Source: a virus
Taxonomy: Duplodnaviria > Caudoviricetes
IMG/VR virus record: IMGVR_UViG_3300012157_000001
Coordinates: 96,001 to 160,000 of that record
Strand: one strand, 5' to 3'
DNA: 64,000 nucleotides
Position 1 is the first letter of the stretch, and every line of letters begins with the position of its first letter. Below are positions 54,436 to 63,738 of this stretch, piece by piece. Below the pieces are notes generated by a model. The model was not told the DNA's origin. It worked only from the letters and a program-made list of their open reading frames with translations, and made no database searches. The position numbers and the translations under genes were made by a program.

Positions 54436-54674
54436 GGCTCGTCCTTCGGGTCCGGCAGCCCCAGGCGAGCGCATCCGGAATGACCTGTGCGCCCGAACGT
54501 CAGCGTCAGCGTCACGTCGGTCGGGTCGTAACCAGGGAGGTTCGAGAGCTCCGTCAGCTGAGCCGTCAGCGCCATCAGCGCGGCCAGCTCGGTATGCGTA
54601 AGCTGCTCCGGTGGAGTCCCGAGCAGCAGCACGTACTTCGCTTTCGGATTTCCCAGCACCAGTTTCGGGTCCAT
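54432..54674 (-). CDS. hypothetical protein
   Basis: coupled ORF. Confidence 0.5.
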   Translation of the reverse strand: MDPKLVLGNPKAKYVLLLGTPPEQLTHTELAALMALTAQLTELSNLPGYDPTDVTLTLTFGRTGHSGCARLGLPDPKDEP

Positions 54675-54875
54675 TCAGGTCTCTCTTTTGGGTCCTGGAG
54701 GATTCTCGCACGTGCACGGGTCGCACTCCGGGCATGCGTCCACGCCGTGCTCGCAGACGACAGGGATCGCGCACTCCCTCGCTACGCGAAAGCGGCAGTA
54801 GCGCGCGTGGTTCCAATACAGCGACCGCAGATGTCGCGGGTCGCCGGAGTCGAGCGACTGCCGCGCCTGGCTCAC
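54675..54875 (-). CDS. small Cys-rich protein
   Basis: CEHG.DACPECDPCTC; GTGA coupling. Confidence 0.5.
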   Translation of the reverse strand: MSQARQSLDSGDPRHLRSLYWNHARYCRFRVARECAIPVVCEHGVDACPECDPCTCENPPGPKRET

Positions 54876-55273
54876 TGCTTCACCTGGACGTCGAAGGCCG
54901 CGAGCAACTTCTCCCGAATGTTCCGGCACTCGGCAGAACGCGACTTCCAGCTCTCAGCGAGTCCGGCCGCAAAAGCCGGACCTTCCAGCATCTGCGCATG
55001 CGCAGCGTTGCCGCGCGCAGCGTTGTCGCACTCGTTCACGATCGTCATCACCCGCGCGAAGACGGCTATCGCGCTATCTCCGACGACCAGCTTGGTCATT
55101 GTGCCCGGCCGGTGGCGCACCGCCCGGACGCGATCGAGGTGGACGTCTAGGAACATCGCGCCCGGCGCCGTGCATGGCTTGTCCGTACCTGCGTTGCATG
55201 TCGGGCATACGACCTGAAGAGCCAACACGCGCGTGCCCTGGACGGTCGCCAGCGCTGCTTCCGGTTCAATCAT
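54872..55273 (-). CDS. Zn-finger protein
   Basis: VVCPTCNAG...PC........H.DR. Confidence 0.55.
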   Translation of the reverse strand: MIEPEAALATVQGTRVLALQVVCPTCNAGTDKPCTAPGAMFLDVHLDRVRAVRHRPGTMTKLVVGDSAIAVFARVMTIVNECDNAARGNAAHAQMLEGPAFAAGLAESWKSRSAECRNIREKLLAAFDVQVKQ

Positions 55274-55734
55274 CGTTGAGTCTTACCCTGTCCCGCGCAC
55301 GCCTCGCACGTCGAGCGCTGTTTGCCCTTCAGCGTGACCTTGCCCGCGCCGAAACACACTCTGCAGTCGTTCGCGTCGAGCGACAAGATCTCGCACCGCG
55401 GCGTGACGGTCTCCGCATGCACCAGAGTCCCAGACGCTGCGTTCTGCTCGAACAGGGCCAGGGCCTGCGCGGTCCCGGCGGTGTGCACCACCAGCTGCTC
55501 ACACGGTCCCGACTCGGCCTCGCGAAACCACTGGAACACGTACGTCCGCGAATGTCGGACCGGCTCGTCCGGCGCGCCACCGAGCAGCGGCTGCAGGGGC
55601 AGCTTCCCCGCGAGCAGCCCATCTCCTTCCACGTCGTCCGCCATCGCCAGCTGCTGGCGGTAGTGATCCTTCGTGGCCGGGTCGGCGATGGCGTCGATCA
55701 GCTCTTCTAACCGTCTTCGTTCTGTGGGCGTCAT
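55270..55734 (-). CDS. hypothetical protein with DnaJ-type CxxCxGxG repeats
   Basis: CRVCFGAG...CEACAGQG. Confidence 0.55.
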   Translation of the reverse strand: MTPTERRRLEELIDAIADPATKDHYRQQLAMADDVEGDGLLAGKLPLQPLLGGAPDEPVRHSRTYVFQWFREAESGPCEQLVVHTAGTAQALALFEQNAASGTLVHAETVTPRCEILSLDANDCRVCFGAGKVTLKGKQRSTCEACAGQGKTQR

Positions 55735-55737
55735 GGA

Positions 55738-55965
55738 TCAGTCCGGCACCTTCCGGCGATGCACGATCTGCCACTGCTCCATCGCGTCCGCGATGCGCCG
55801 TGCCTCGTCGCACTTTGCGATCGGCGCGCCCTCGCACTGGGCGCGGTATGCCCATTCGCGCACGAGCTCGGGACCGAGCATGTCCTGTGCTCGCAGGACA
55901 AAGACGGGCTCGTCCTCTCCCGCCTTCTCCAATGACGTGACGCCTTCCTTTTTTGTTGACGACAT
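55738..55965 (-). CDS. conserved small phage protein (DEPxFVLRAQD family)
   Basis: DEPVFVLRAQD.L.P..VR.WA...K..EA..IA..M..W...K.PD. Confidence 0.7.
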   Translation of the reverse strand: MSSTKKEGVTSLEKAGEDEPVFVLRAQDMLGPELVREWAYRAQCEGAPIAKCDEARRIADAMEQWQIVHRRKVPD

Positions 55966-55976
55966 TCTTGGTGCCC

Positions 55977-56327
55977 TTACCTTTCTTCAATCGTTTCCTT
56001 CAGTACGTCTGCCAGCTCCGCTACGAGCGTGGCGAGCGCTTCGATGTCGGAGCCGTCGCGCTCGTCGTTGGCTCGGCCACCAATCCGATGGGCCTCGCGC
56101 ACGATGCGTTTCAAGGCGCTCCGCGGCGGCTCGGGGTCGCGAGAGTCCGGTTGCCGCTCGGCCTCCGGCACGTCCGCTGTCGAACCAAAAACTGCGGCGC
56201 GAATAACCGCCGACCGATCCGCCTGTGCGAGCGCCGCTCGGCGATCAATCTCCGCTCTCTCCGCGTCGCTCAGTAGAAACTGAAAGCGGTTGCGGCGCAC
56301 AGTTATGCGACCGGAGTTTTTATTCAT
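55977..56327 (-). CDS. ribbon-helix-helix (MobC/CopG-like) DNA-binding protein
   Basis: FQFLLSDAERAEIDRRA......RSAVIRAA. Confidence 0.6.
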   Translation of the reverse strand: MNKNSGRITVRRNRFQFLLSDAERAEIDRRAALAQADRSAVIRAAVFGSTADVPEAERQPDSRDPEPPRSALKRIVREAHRIGGRANDERDGSDIEALATLVAELADVLKETIEER

Positions 56328-56612
56328 GGCAACCTGACCTCCGGCGGTGGCGGCCAGACCTTCACGCCGCGACGATACTCTCCACCGCACCGCCAACAAT
56401 ATTGCACTCTACCTCGTTCGGTAGTGATCGTGTGGAACGTGGCTCGAATACGGTTGGCGGCGCAATGCGGACAGGAATCGTTCTTCATGGCTTCACCGGC
56501 GACGCGCTTCCACCAGAGTTCAGGCGCCCATGCTCCTCAGCCTCGCGAATGCGCTCGGCCGTCAGTCGCACGAGCCTGGTGCCTTCATCGCGACCGGTGT
56601 CGAGCCACAGAT

Positions 56613-57011
56613 TCATCGCCGGCTCCTCCGTTCCTCGTCCAGAATGTCCCGTGCGCCCCGCATGACACGATCAAGCGTCCAGTGGTCGTCGTTGACCTCG
56701 CGCAAGATGTCCGCCACGCGCTGCGCGCAGGCCGGAACCACCGCGGTGGCCTCAATGTGCTGCCGGAGCTCCTGCAGCGCCTCCAGACGCGAGTGGCCGA
56801 AGCCGGTTTCGTTGTCGACCTCTACGCGCCAGTCCATGCGACGCGCACTCGGACGCCCGCGACTCTCGCACCATGAAAAGGTTATCGAGACCGAGCGCGA
56901 GAATGCGGCGCCGTATCTCTCGCGAAGAACGCCCAGCGCCTCGATCAGCAGGTCGTCTACTTCGCCAGGGCCCATTCCGCTGACGACCGCCGCCGCAAGC
57001 TCGTCGCTCAT
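56613..57011 (-). CDS. hypothetical protein
   Basis: ATGA coupling. Confidence 0.5.
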   Translation of the reverse strand: MSDELAAAVVSGMGPGEVDDLLIEALGVLRERYGAAFSRSVSITFSWCESRGRPSARRMDWRVEVDNETGFGHSRLEALQELRQHIEATAVVPACAQRVADILREVNDDHWTLDRVMRGARDILDEERRSRR

Positions 57012-57479
57012 CGCTTCGCTCCCCGCGTGCGGAGCTCAACCTGGTCGCGCTCGGCCGGGTCCATGGCCGCCCACGCCTCGCGGATCCGCGTCCAGAGTTC
57101 CTCTGGAACGTCTCTCGCATCGTTTACCAGGCGCGTGACCTCACCGAAACACGTGAGGTACTCCTGTACGAGCGGACTATCGGGCGCCGGAACGCTCACC
57201 GGTGACGTTTCCCATCCGGAAGCCAGGGCTTGTCCGCCGCGAGTCGCTCCAGCTCGGCCCGAAGCGCCTTGCTGATCCGGGGCCCACTGAACATCTTGCC
57301 GCTCTCCGTTCGAAAGATGACGCGAGCGATCCGGAGCTTCTTCGGACCCCGACCTCGGCGACCGACGACGAGCTCCATCACGCTCGATTCGATGGCCATG
57401 TCGAGCGCGATGGCCCGCCACTCTGTCCGAGTCCGGTTCGACGCCATGCTGTCACCGCTACCACCGCTGTCAGAGGCGG

Positions 57480-57779
57480 TCAACCAGGGCCACGACCCTT
57501 GAGCGCCTGTGCAGCCAATTCGCGCACTAACTCCGGGTTTTCTCGGGCAACGACCCACAGGCGCTCCAGCTCGGTCACTCGATTCACGAGCTCGACCAGG
57601 ACCCGCTGAGCCGACTCCACCCTGTCCATTTCCTCCACGAGCTTCCCGCGGATTTCGGTGAACTTCTCATCGGTGACCTCGGCGTCGCCCTCCTGCCTCT
57701 TTTCGAGACGCCCGAGCCGCGCGTCGATACGCGCCTCCACATCCGCCAGGTCGCCGAGCGAAGCGGGGTATTCGCTCAC
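57480..57779 (-). CDS. coiled-coil hypothetical protein
   Basis: heptad pattern; GTGA coupling. Confidence 0.5.
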   Translation of the reverse strand: MSEYPASLGDLADVEARIDARLGRLEKRQEGDAEVTDEKFTEIRGKLVEEMDRVESAQRVLVELVNRVTELERLWVVARENPELVRELAAQALKGRGPG

Positions 57780-58285
57780 GGGTTGAACCTCGCAATCGGG
57801 GGCCAGCTCGAAGTCTGCAGGGCCGTCTGGGCGCTCAGAACGGATTGCGTTGCGCGGCGGCGCTCTTCGGGCCTACCGCTTAGAGCCGCCAAGGCGATCT
57901 CCCGCTCCAGCTCGTCCTTCGGCCCCCGCAGCAGCCGAGCGACTCGCTTGTCGTCGAGACCGCCTTCGAACAGAGCGCGCATCGAAGCGACCGGCTCCGG
58001 CGCGGCATACCATCGGCGCTTGTCGAGCTTCTTGTTCTTCCAGTCCTTGCCGCGTTGGTCGCGGATGACTGTAACCGCCATGCCGGCTTTACTCAGAACG
58101 TTCGCCTCTCGCCACCAGACTTCCACGAGGCCGAGTCGCTCGATGAGCGCAACGCGCGCCGCGTTCGAGCACGCCGCGCTGCCGGCGTGTCGGCTCATGT
58201 CCTTCACCTGTTTGCCGCACGCGGGACACGTCGGACGCGCCGATGTCGGGTTCGTCAGCTGAAGCGGCGGCGGCCTCTGCTTCAT
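57776..58285 (-). CDS. hypothetical protein with C2HC finger
   Basis: CPACGK....MSRH....AC. Confidence 0.5.
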   Translation of the reverse strand: MKQRPPPLQLTNPTSARPTCPACGKQVKDMSRHAGSAACSNAARVALIERLGLVEVWWREANVLSKAGMAVTVIRDQRGKDWKNKKLDKRRWYAAPEPVASMRALFEGGLDDKRVARLLRGPKDELEREIALAALSGRPEERRRATQSVLSAQTALQTSSWPPIARFNP

Positions 58286-58479
58286 AGGGTCGCTTCCGCG
58301 AGTCGGAACCGAAACTCGCCTGGCCACTCCTCGACGCCGCGCGACGTCCATTTCCTGAACCGCGCTTCGGCGGCGGTTCGCTCCGCGGCCCCGTCGAGCA
58401 CCCATTCCCCCGATCCGTCTGTCAGCGCGCAGATCACGAGCCACCGGTGCCCAGCTGGATGGCGGAGCTCAAGCGACAC
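58282..58479 (-). CDS. hypothetical protein
   Basis: coupled ORF. Confidence 0.45.
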   Translation of the reverse strand: MSLELRHPAGHRWLVICALTDGSGEWVLDGAAERTAAEARFRKWTSRGVEEWPGEFRFRLAEATL

Positions 58480-58483
58480 TCCC

Positions 58484-58768
58484 TCAGCGCCCCGTGAGCA
58501 CCCATATCAGCGCGCACGCGAGCAAGATCACGGCGAATCCCAGGATCCTCACCGTCAGCCGCATCCGCACCATGTCGGCGTCCGCGGCCTCCAGGCTTTC
58601 AATTAGAGGTTCCTCTCGCAGATCCTGCTCAATCGGATCGGTGCCATAGCTACCGAGACCCGCTTCCCGCGCAATCTCCTGTGCGTCTTCGCCCCAGGTT
58701 GGCGCCTCGCCTTCTGGCGGCGCGCCCGCAGCGGGCGGCGCGAAGTACGGTTTGTCTCGGTCGGTCAT
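58484..58768 (-). CDS. C-terminal TM protein
   Basis: TM at the C-terminus; TTGACA-N18-CAGCAT directly upstream (58805-58776). Confidence 0.5.
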   Translation of the reverse strand: MTDRDKPYFAPPAAGAPPEGEAPTWGEDAQEIAREAGLGSYGTDPIEQDLREEPLIESLEAADADMVRMRLTVRILGFAVILLACALIWVLTGR

Positions 58769-59015
58769 GACGCCAATGCTGCCACCCGTGGGTGCTACTT
58801 GTCAAAGACGATTGCGCCATCGCGCAGAACCGGGCGGCTCTCGGCCCACCAGGCCCGTTTGCACGTTTGGCACTCGCATTCGCAGATCATCGGCAGCGGG
58901 CCCGATCGTCCGGGGGACCCGGTGCACGCCTCGTGCGATTCTCGAACTACGACCGGGCAATCCATGTGCTCCGCGCGCCCCGGCGCAAGCGGTCCCCACG
59001 CGGCGCACACCTGGC

Positions 59016-59390
59016 TCATGGCCCGTGCCCGTCGTCGTACTCGTGGTCGTCGTACGCGCGGTCGATGTCCGCGGTTCCGAGCGCCGCGCGTACCTTCGGC
59101 TTCTCGCGACGCACTGAAAGCCACACGGCTTCGCCCTTTTTTACGTGTACGAGCGCGTCGCGGCCGACGAGCGTCGCGAGCGGCACCTCGAACTCTCGGC
59201 CGTCCACCTCATCGGCGAGCACGAGCGTCTGATCGAGAAGCATAACCTCGGAGACGCGGCAGCGGAGCCCCATGACCTCATGCATCACGGGCGGCGGCCG
59301 GCGCCGACGCCGCTTCGTTTTTGCGCGGCCCTTCCGCGCGCGGCGCTTCGGGCGTCCGGTTCCGATGCCCTGGTAGGTGCCTTTGCTCAT
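59016..59390 (-). CDS. basic hypothetical protein
   Basis: ATGA coupling. Confidence 0.5.
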   Translation of the reverse strand: MSKGTYQGIGTGRPKRRARKGRAKTKRRRRRPPPVMHEVMGLRCRVSEVMLLDQTLVLADEVDGREFEVPLATLVGRDALVHVKKGEAVWLSVRREKPKVRAALGTADIDRAYDDHEYDDGHGP

Positions 59391-59878
59391 GCCGGGGGCA
59401 GTGTAGCAGTGGCCTCGCCGTCGACGTAGCCCTTGATCTGTTCGTAGCAGCCACCGCACAACATCTCGTGGCGCTCGCTCTGCTGCACGTAGCGCTCCCA
59501 CTCCTCGTCCGTCACGCGAAACATCTCCGGCCACAGCTCGCCGCAGCGCCGGCAGATGTTCGGGTAGAGAATGAACGGCGTGCGGCCCTTCCCGGCCTCG
59601 ATCCGTCGCCACTCGGCTAGTTGGTGGGCCGGCAGACCGTACTCGTAGACCCGCAGCGGCAGACCGGCAGACGCAGCGCGCTCTTCCTTGGTCATCGCGG
59701 CGAAGTTCTCTGGGAAGTGGTCGCGCCGGTAGCCCGGATAGAACTGTTGGAGCTCGCAGCCGCACGTGATCCGCTGGTGGCCGCAGAACGCGCAGCGCTC
59801 CATGTCGCAGCCGTCCGCGTGGATCTGCCCCTCTTTGACCCCGCAGTCGCCGCAGGTCGCTCGCTCTGAAAGGGGCAT
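59387..59878 (-). CDS. multi-Zn-finger phage protein
   Basis: CGDCG...G..H..GCD.ERC..CG.Q...C.C; CRRCG...LC..CY. Confidence 0.65.
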   Translation of the reverse strand: MPLSERATCGDCGVKEGQIHADGCDMERCAFCGHQRITCGCELQQFYPGYRRDHFPENFAAMTKEERAASAGLPLRVYEYGLPAHQLAEWRRIEAGKGRTPFILYPNICRRCGELWPEMFRVTDEEWERYVQQSERHEMLCGGCYEQIKGYVDGEATATLPPA

Positions 59879-59978
59879 GCTTCGGAAGCTATCAGCGCTG
59901 CCACCGGCGTCAAGCTCGTGACATTTCCTGTCACTCGTGCGCTTGCAGGCCGCGGCGCAAAGGCGCATATCGTTCTGC

Positions 59979-60941
59979 ATGGCGAGTGCAGCCTATGAAG
60001 TCGTTGTCTCCACGGACGCAGGCCGTCCGGCGTGGCTCAAGGCCCGCGCCGAGCTCGTTACCGCATCCGACGTGCCGGTGATTCTCGGTATCGTGCCGGG
60101 CAAGCCGGCGCTCTGGTACGAGAAGGTCGGTCTCCTCGAACACCACGACGACCCCGAGGACGAAGTGCCGATGATGGGCCACTACCTCGAAGCTGTGAAC
60201 GCCGAGGTGCTCTACCGCGGCAAGACGGGCCGCAAAGTTCGACGCTGCCAGAAGCTCCTTCGCAGCAAGCGGTATCCGTGGCTCGGCGCGACGCTCGACT
60301 ACTGGACGTGGCTGCCCGGCGAGTCGAGGCCGGGGCCGCTGGAGCTCAAGGTCACAGGCAACAAGGACAACTGGCCCGACGACGCGCCACCCGCGAGCAA
60401 GTTCCAGGCGCAGCTCCAAACGCAGATGCTGGTCGCCGGCAGCAGCTGGGGCTCGCTCTCGGCGATCATTGGGAGCCCGTACATTCACCACCGGTGGGTC
60501 GACTTCGAGCGCGACGACGCGCTCTGTGATCACATCCTCGCGGAGACCCAAGCGTTCGCGGAGTCCGTGCGCGCGGGCGTGAATCCGCCTGTGGACGGTG
60601 ACGAGAGCACGAGCGACGCCCTGCGCCACCTAGTCGTCGATGTGCTCGCCGGAACGACCACCGTGTTGCCGCCTGACGCGCTCGACTGGGACCAGGAGCT
60701 CCAGGCGGCGCGCGAGGCGATCCGGACGTGGGAGCACCGCAAGCGCTTCTACGAGAACCTGCTCATGACGGCGATCGGCGATCATGAGGTCGGTGAACTC
60801 CCCTACGGCGTAGGTCGCTACACGTTCAGGCGGCAGACGCGCGCCGCGCACACCGTCTCCGGATCGACATTCCGCCGCCTTCAGCGCGTCGCACGCAAGC
60901 GCCGCCGCGGCGTCATACCGGTGATCACGGCGGCCGCGTGA
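59979..60941 (+). CDS. YqaJ/lambda-exonuclease-like viral recombinase exonuclease
   Basis: WLKAR....TASD...ILG, GH.LE, WLGATLD, LELK, QLQ.QM.V. Confidence 0.9.
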   Translation: MASAAYEVVVSTDAGRPAWLKARAELVTASDVPVILGIVPGKPALWYEKVGLLEHHDDPEDEVPMMGHYLEAVNAEVLYRGKTGRKVRRCQKLLRSKRYPWLGATLDYWTWLPGESRPGPLELKVTGNKDNWPDDAPPASKFQAQLQTQMLVAGSSWGSLSAIIGSPYIHHRWVDFERDDALCDHILAETQAFAESVRAGVNPPVDGDESTSDALRHLVVDVLAGTTTVLPPDALDWDQELQAAREAIRTWEHRKRFYENLLMTAIGDHEVGELPYGVGRYTFRRQTRAAHTVSGSTFRRLQRVARKRRRGVIPVITAAA

Positions 60942-60975
60942 CACACCTTTTCGCCAACCGAAACGGAGATACCCC

Positions 60976-62208
60976 ATGACCCAGACGCAGACGACACCCG
61001 CCACCGCCCCGAAGGGCCTCACCACCCAACGCTCGAATGCACCGCGCGATCCGAACTCCGAATTTCGAGACGTGCTCCTGAAGCTCCGGCCGCAGCTCAC
61101 CGCCGCCCTGCCGAAGCACCTCGATCCAGATCGCCTGCTCCGGATCGTGCTCACGACGGTTCGGAAGACTCCCGCGCTGCTCACCTGTTCGCGTGAAAGC
61201 GTGCTCGCCGCGATCATGCAAGCCGCGCAGCTCGGGCTCGAACCGGATGGAAACCTAGGCCTCGCGTACCTCTTGCCCTACGGCAACCAGTGCCAGCTGA
61301 TCGTCGGCTGGAAGGGCCTCATTGAGCTCGCCCGGCGCTCCGGGCTCGTTACCAACATCACCGCTCACTGCGTGCACTACGGCGATTTCTTCGAGTACGA
61401 GCTCGGGCTCGACCCGAAGCTGCGGCATATCCCGGCCGACGTGCTCGAAATGCCGCAGTACACGCGCGAACGCACGATCGCCGAAGATATGCGGCGTGAA
61501 CAGGTCGTCGGCGCGCTTGCAGGCAATCGCAAGAGCGATCTCGTTGCCGCGTACGCCGTGGTCACTATGAAAGACGGCAGCCGGAACTTCCGTGTCGTGA
61601 CGCGCAAGCTCGTCGAGAAGGTTCGAGCGAAGAGCGCGTCGCGCAACAGCCAGGCGTCCCCATGGAACGAGTGGGAAGAGCAGATGTGGGAGAAGACGGC
61701 CGTGAAGCAGGTGCTCCGCTTCGTGCCGCTCTCGCCGGAGGACAAGACGATCATCGATCACGCCGATGTCGGCCGTGTGCTCGGCAACATCGGTGACGTG
61801 CGCACGCTGAAGGCGCTCGAAGAGGAGCCGCTGCCGCCCGAGGCTATGACCGACCCAGAGGCGCCCGAGCCCGCGCCCGCTGCCGCGGCGACGGCACCCG
61901 ACCCGGCGGCATCCGCGCCCGCTGCCGCGGCGCCCGCGCAAACCGAGACCAAGAAAACCGGACGCCGCAAGGGCGCCCAGGCGCAGGCCCAGCCGATCAC
62001 GAAGCCGCCCGAGGACGCGATCTCGGGCGCGCCGGCACCAGCCCCAGCCGCGGCGGCGCCCGCCCAGCCCGTGCCGCCCCCTCCAGGACCGCCACCACCC
62101 GCCGGCTCAGAAGTCGATGGTCCGCAGCAGGGGCTCTTCGGCGACGGCGGAACCGAGGATCCAGGGCCAGGACCCGAAGAAGCTGACGTCACGGCGGCAC
62201 CGCGCTGA
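60976..62208 (+). CDS. recT: RecT single-strand annealing recombinase with Pro/Ala-rich tail
   Basis: ALPKHL..DR..RI.....RK.P.L..C...S.......AAQLGLEP...LG.AYL.PY...CQL..G.KG.I.LARRSG; PW....E.M..KT. Confidence 0.92.
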   Translation: MTQTQTTPATAPKGLTTQRSNAPRDPNSEFRDVLLKLRPQLTAALPKHLDPDRLLRIVLTTVRKTPALLTCSRESVLAAIMQAAQLGLEPDGNLGLAYLLPYGNQCQLIVGWKGLIELARRSGLVTNITAHCVHYGDFFEYELGLDPKLRHIPADVLEMPQYTRERTIAEDMRREQVVGALAGNRKSDLVAAYAVVTMKDGSRNFRVVTRKLVEKVRAKSASRNSQASPWNEWEEQMWEKTAVKQVLRFVPLSPEDKTIIDHADVGRVLGNIGDVRTLKALEEEPLPPEAMTDPEAPEPAPAAAATAPDPAASAPAAAAPAQTETKKTGRRKGAQAQAQPITKPPEDAISGAPAPAPAAAAPAQPVPPPPGPPPPAGSEVDGPQQGLFGDGGTEDPGPGPEEADVTAAPR

Positions 62209-62481
62209 GATTTCTAGGGCGGCGCTAACGCGCTCGCGTTCATACGAGCAGCTTTCATGCTGCTTTCGAAGCACGCGCAGATCGCAACCAGAATCGCGGT
62301 GCGTCGTGCGAGTTTTTTCTTCGCATCGCTGTAGCGTGTTCTCTTCCCTTGGCACGTCGCGATCTTGCGCGCCGCCGCTCGTGCTCCGCGCGAACCTGAA
62401 CGGATCTTTCGTCGTTGACTGGTCTATCCCGGCTCTAGTAGCGATATATCCCCGGTTCCACCGACCACAGGGAGAGCTCTC

Positions 62482-62670
62482 GTGCCTACGCCGACGAAAA
62501 AGAAGCGCCCACGACAACAGTACCACTTGCTCGTCGCGCTCGATGACGACGACCGACGCGCCCTCGAAGACGCAGCGCAGATCGAAAAGTTGAACAAGGC
62601 GGACAGCGTCCGTCGTGCCATCCGCGCATACCACCGCAAACTCAGGTCTCAAATCGCCGCTGCCGGCTGA
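62482..62670 (+). CDS. CopG/RHH-like DNA-binding protein
   Basis: LLVALDDDDRRALE..A......KAD.VRRAIR; RBS AGGGAG. Confidence 0.65.
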   Translation: MPTPTKKKRPRQQYHLLVALDDDDRRALEDAAQIEKLNKADSVRRAIRAYHRKLRSQIAAAG

Positions 62671-62705
62671 GCGTCACGAAAGCGTCGTGATGCAAGGTAC
62701 AGCTA

Positions 62706-62733
62706 TTGCTGTCGGTGCTGTCATCGCTACCAT
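62706..62733 (+). promoter_or_regulatory. putative promoter overlapping tandem operator-like motif (copy C) upstream of the initiator gene
   Basis: TTGCTGTCGGTGCTGTCAT then TACCAT. Confidence 0.45.
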
Positions 62734-62754
62734 GCGGCAGTTGGAGTCTACCTA

Positions 62755-63738
62755 ATGGCTTGGCTTGCTGATCCGCGCAAGTGGGCCGACGACTGGTGGG
62801 CTGGCCTCTCGTTGGGTGCTCGGTGGATTTGGGAGGCATGCCTCACTGGTCCGTATCGGACGGTAGTGCCGGGGCTCTGTAAGGGTGTGAACCTGTACAC
62901 GCTCCACAGCCACGTCGTACGCCGGATCCGCCGACCTGAACGGCGTTTTTCCTTTGATGAGTTCGCTACGGATCTAACGGAGGTACTGGAGCCAGACACG
63001 AACGGAAAAATTCACCTGTACCTAGACGCCAACACCGAGGTTGCTCGAATCCCGATGGCGCCCGCGTACAACCACGCTGCTAACCCAAGCGTACTCGCAT
63101 CGTGGTACCGCCACTGGCGCGACGTCCCGGACTGCGAGCTAAAATTCGAGCACATCGCCAGCCTTCGACTCGGCGTGAACTTCTCTCTCGTAGATAAACA
63201 CGGTCGCCACTCCATGGTCGAAAAGTGGGACGCGACATTCGGCCAACCTGAACGCGCCTACCTCGACGGAAAGCGCCAGCTCAAAACCTACGCTGATCTT
63301 CAGGAACGCCGTGTACCCACCCAAGAAACCCTGCCATATCCCGCTGGTGTTCTGGGCGCCCAACCCGGACACCGTGCCGGACACCGTGCCGGACACCGTG
63401 TCCCTCTCTCAGAGAACAAGGATTTGGATCGGGATCGGGATCTGGATCTGGATCAGACGGTGTCCAACACCGTGCCGGACACCGTGCCGGCACTGGTTGC
63501 CCAACCCCCACGACCAATTGAATCTTCTCGGAAGAAGAGCGAGCTTAAAGCCAATTCCAATGGAGGTGTACACGATGAAACAGGTCGCCCAGGGCTTGGA
63601 CCACACGGCACTGCGAACGGGGAGGGAAGCCGAGCGGCAGTCGCTCAGGGCGGCGGCGGCGGCGGCGGGCGGTCCATCAGCCCTGTTCCGGGACCGTTAT
63701 CCGTGCCTCGGCGCCCTTTGCCCCGCGGATTGGAGTGA
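62755..63738 (+). CDS. putative phage replication initiator
   Basis: DPRKWADDWWAGLS..AR N-terminus typical of phage replisome organisers; internal iterons and (DxDx)n linker; upstream of a DnaC-like gene. Confidence 0.6.
   Translation: MAWLADPRKWADDWWAGLSLGARWIWEACLTGPYRTVVPGLCKGVNLYTLHSHVVRRIRRPERRFSFDEFATDLTEVLEPDTNGKIHLYLDANTEVARIPMAPAYNHAANPSVLASWYRHWRDVPDCELKFEHIASLRLGVNFSLVDKHGRHSMVEKWDATFGQPERAYLDGKRQLKTYADLQERRVPTQETLPYPAGVLGAQPGHRAGHRAGHRVPLSENKDLDRDRDLDLDQTVSNTVPDTVPALVAQPPRPIESSRKKSELKANSNGGVHDETGRPGLGPHGTANGEGSRAAVAQGGGGGGGRSISPVPGPLSVPRRPLPRGLE
63365..63493. repeat. iteron cluster (putative origin): CCGGACACCGTG x3, a GATC-rich hexamer run, one inverted and two further direct copies
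   Basis: copies at 63365, 63377, 63389, 63464 (variant), 63475; inverted ACGGTGTCC at 63457. Confidence 0.7.

Noticed and set aside
59979-60941. YqaJ nuclease as a Cas4-like adaptation protein
   Set aside because: It lacks the Cas4 Fe-S cysteines, is paired with RecT and lies 7.5 kb from the locus
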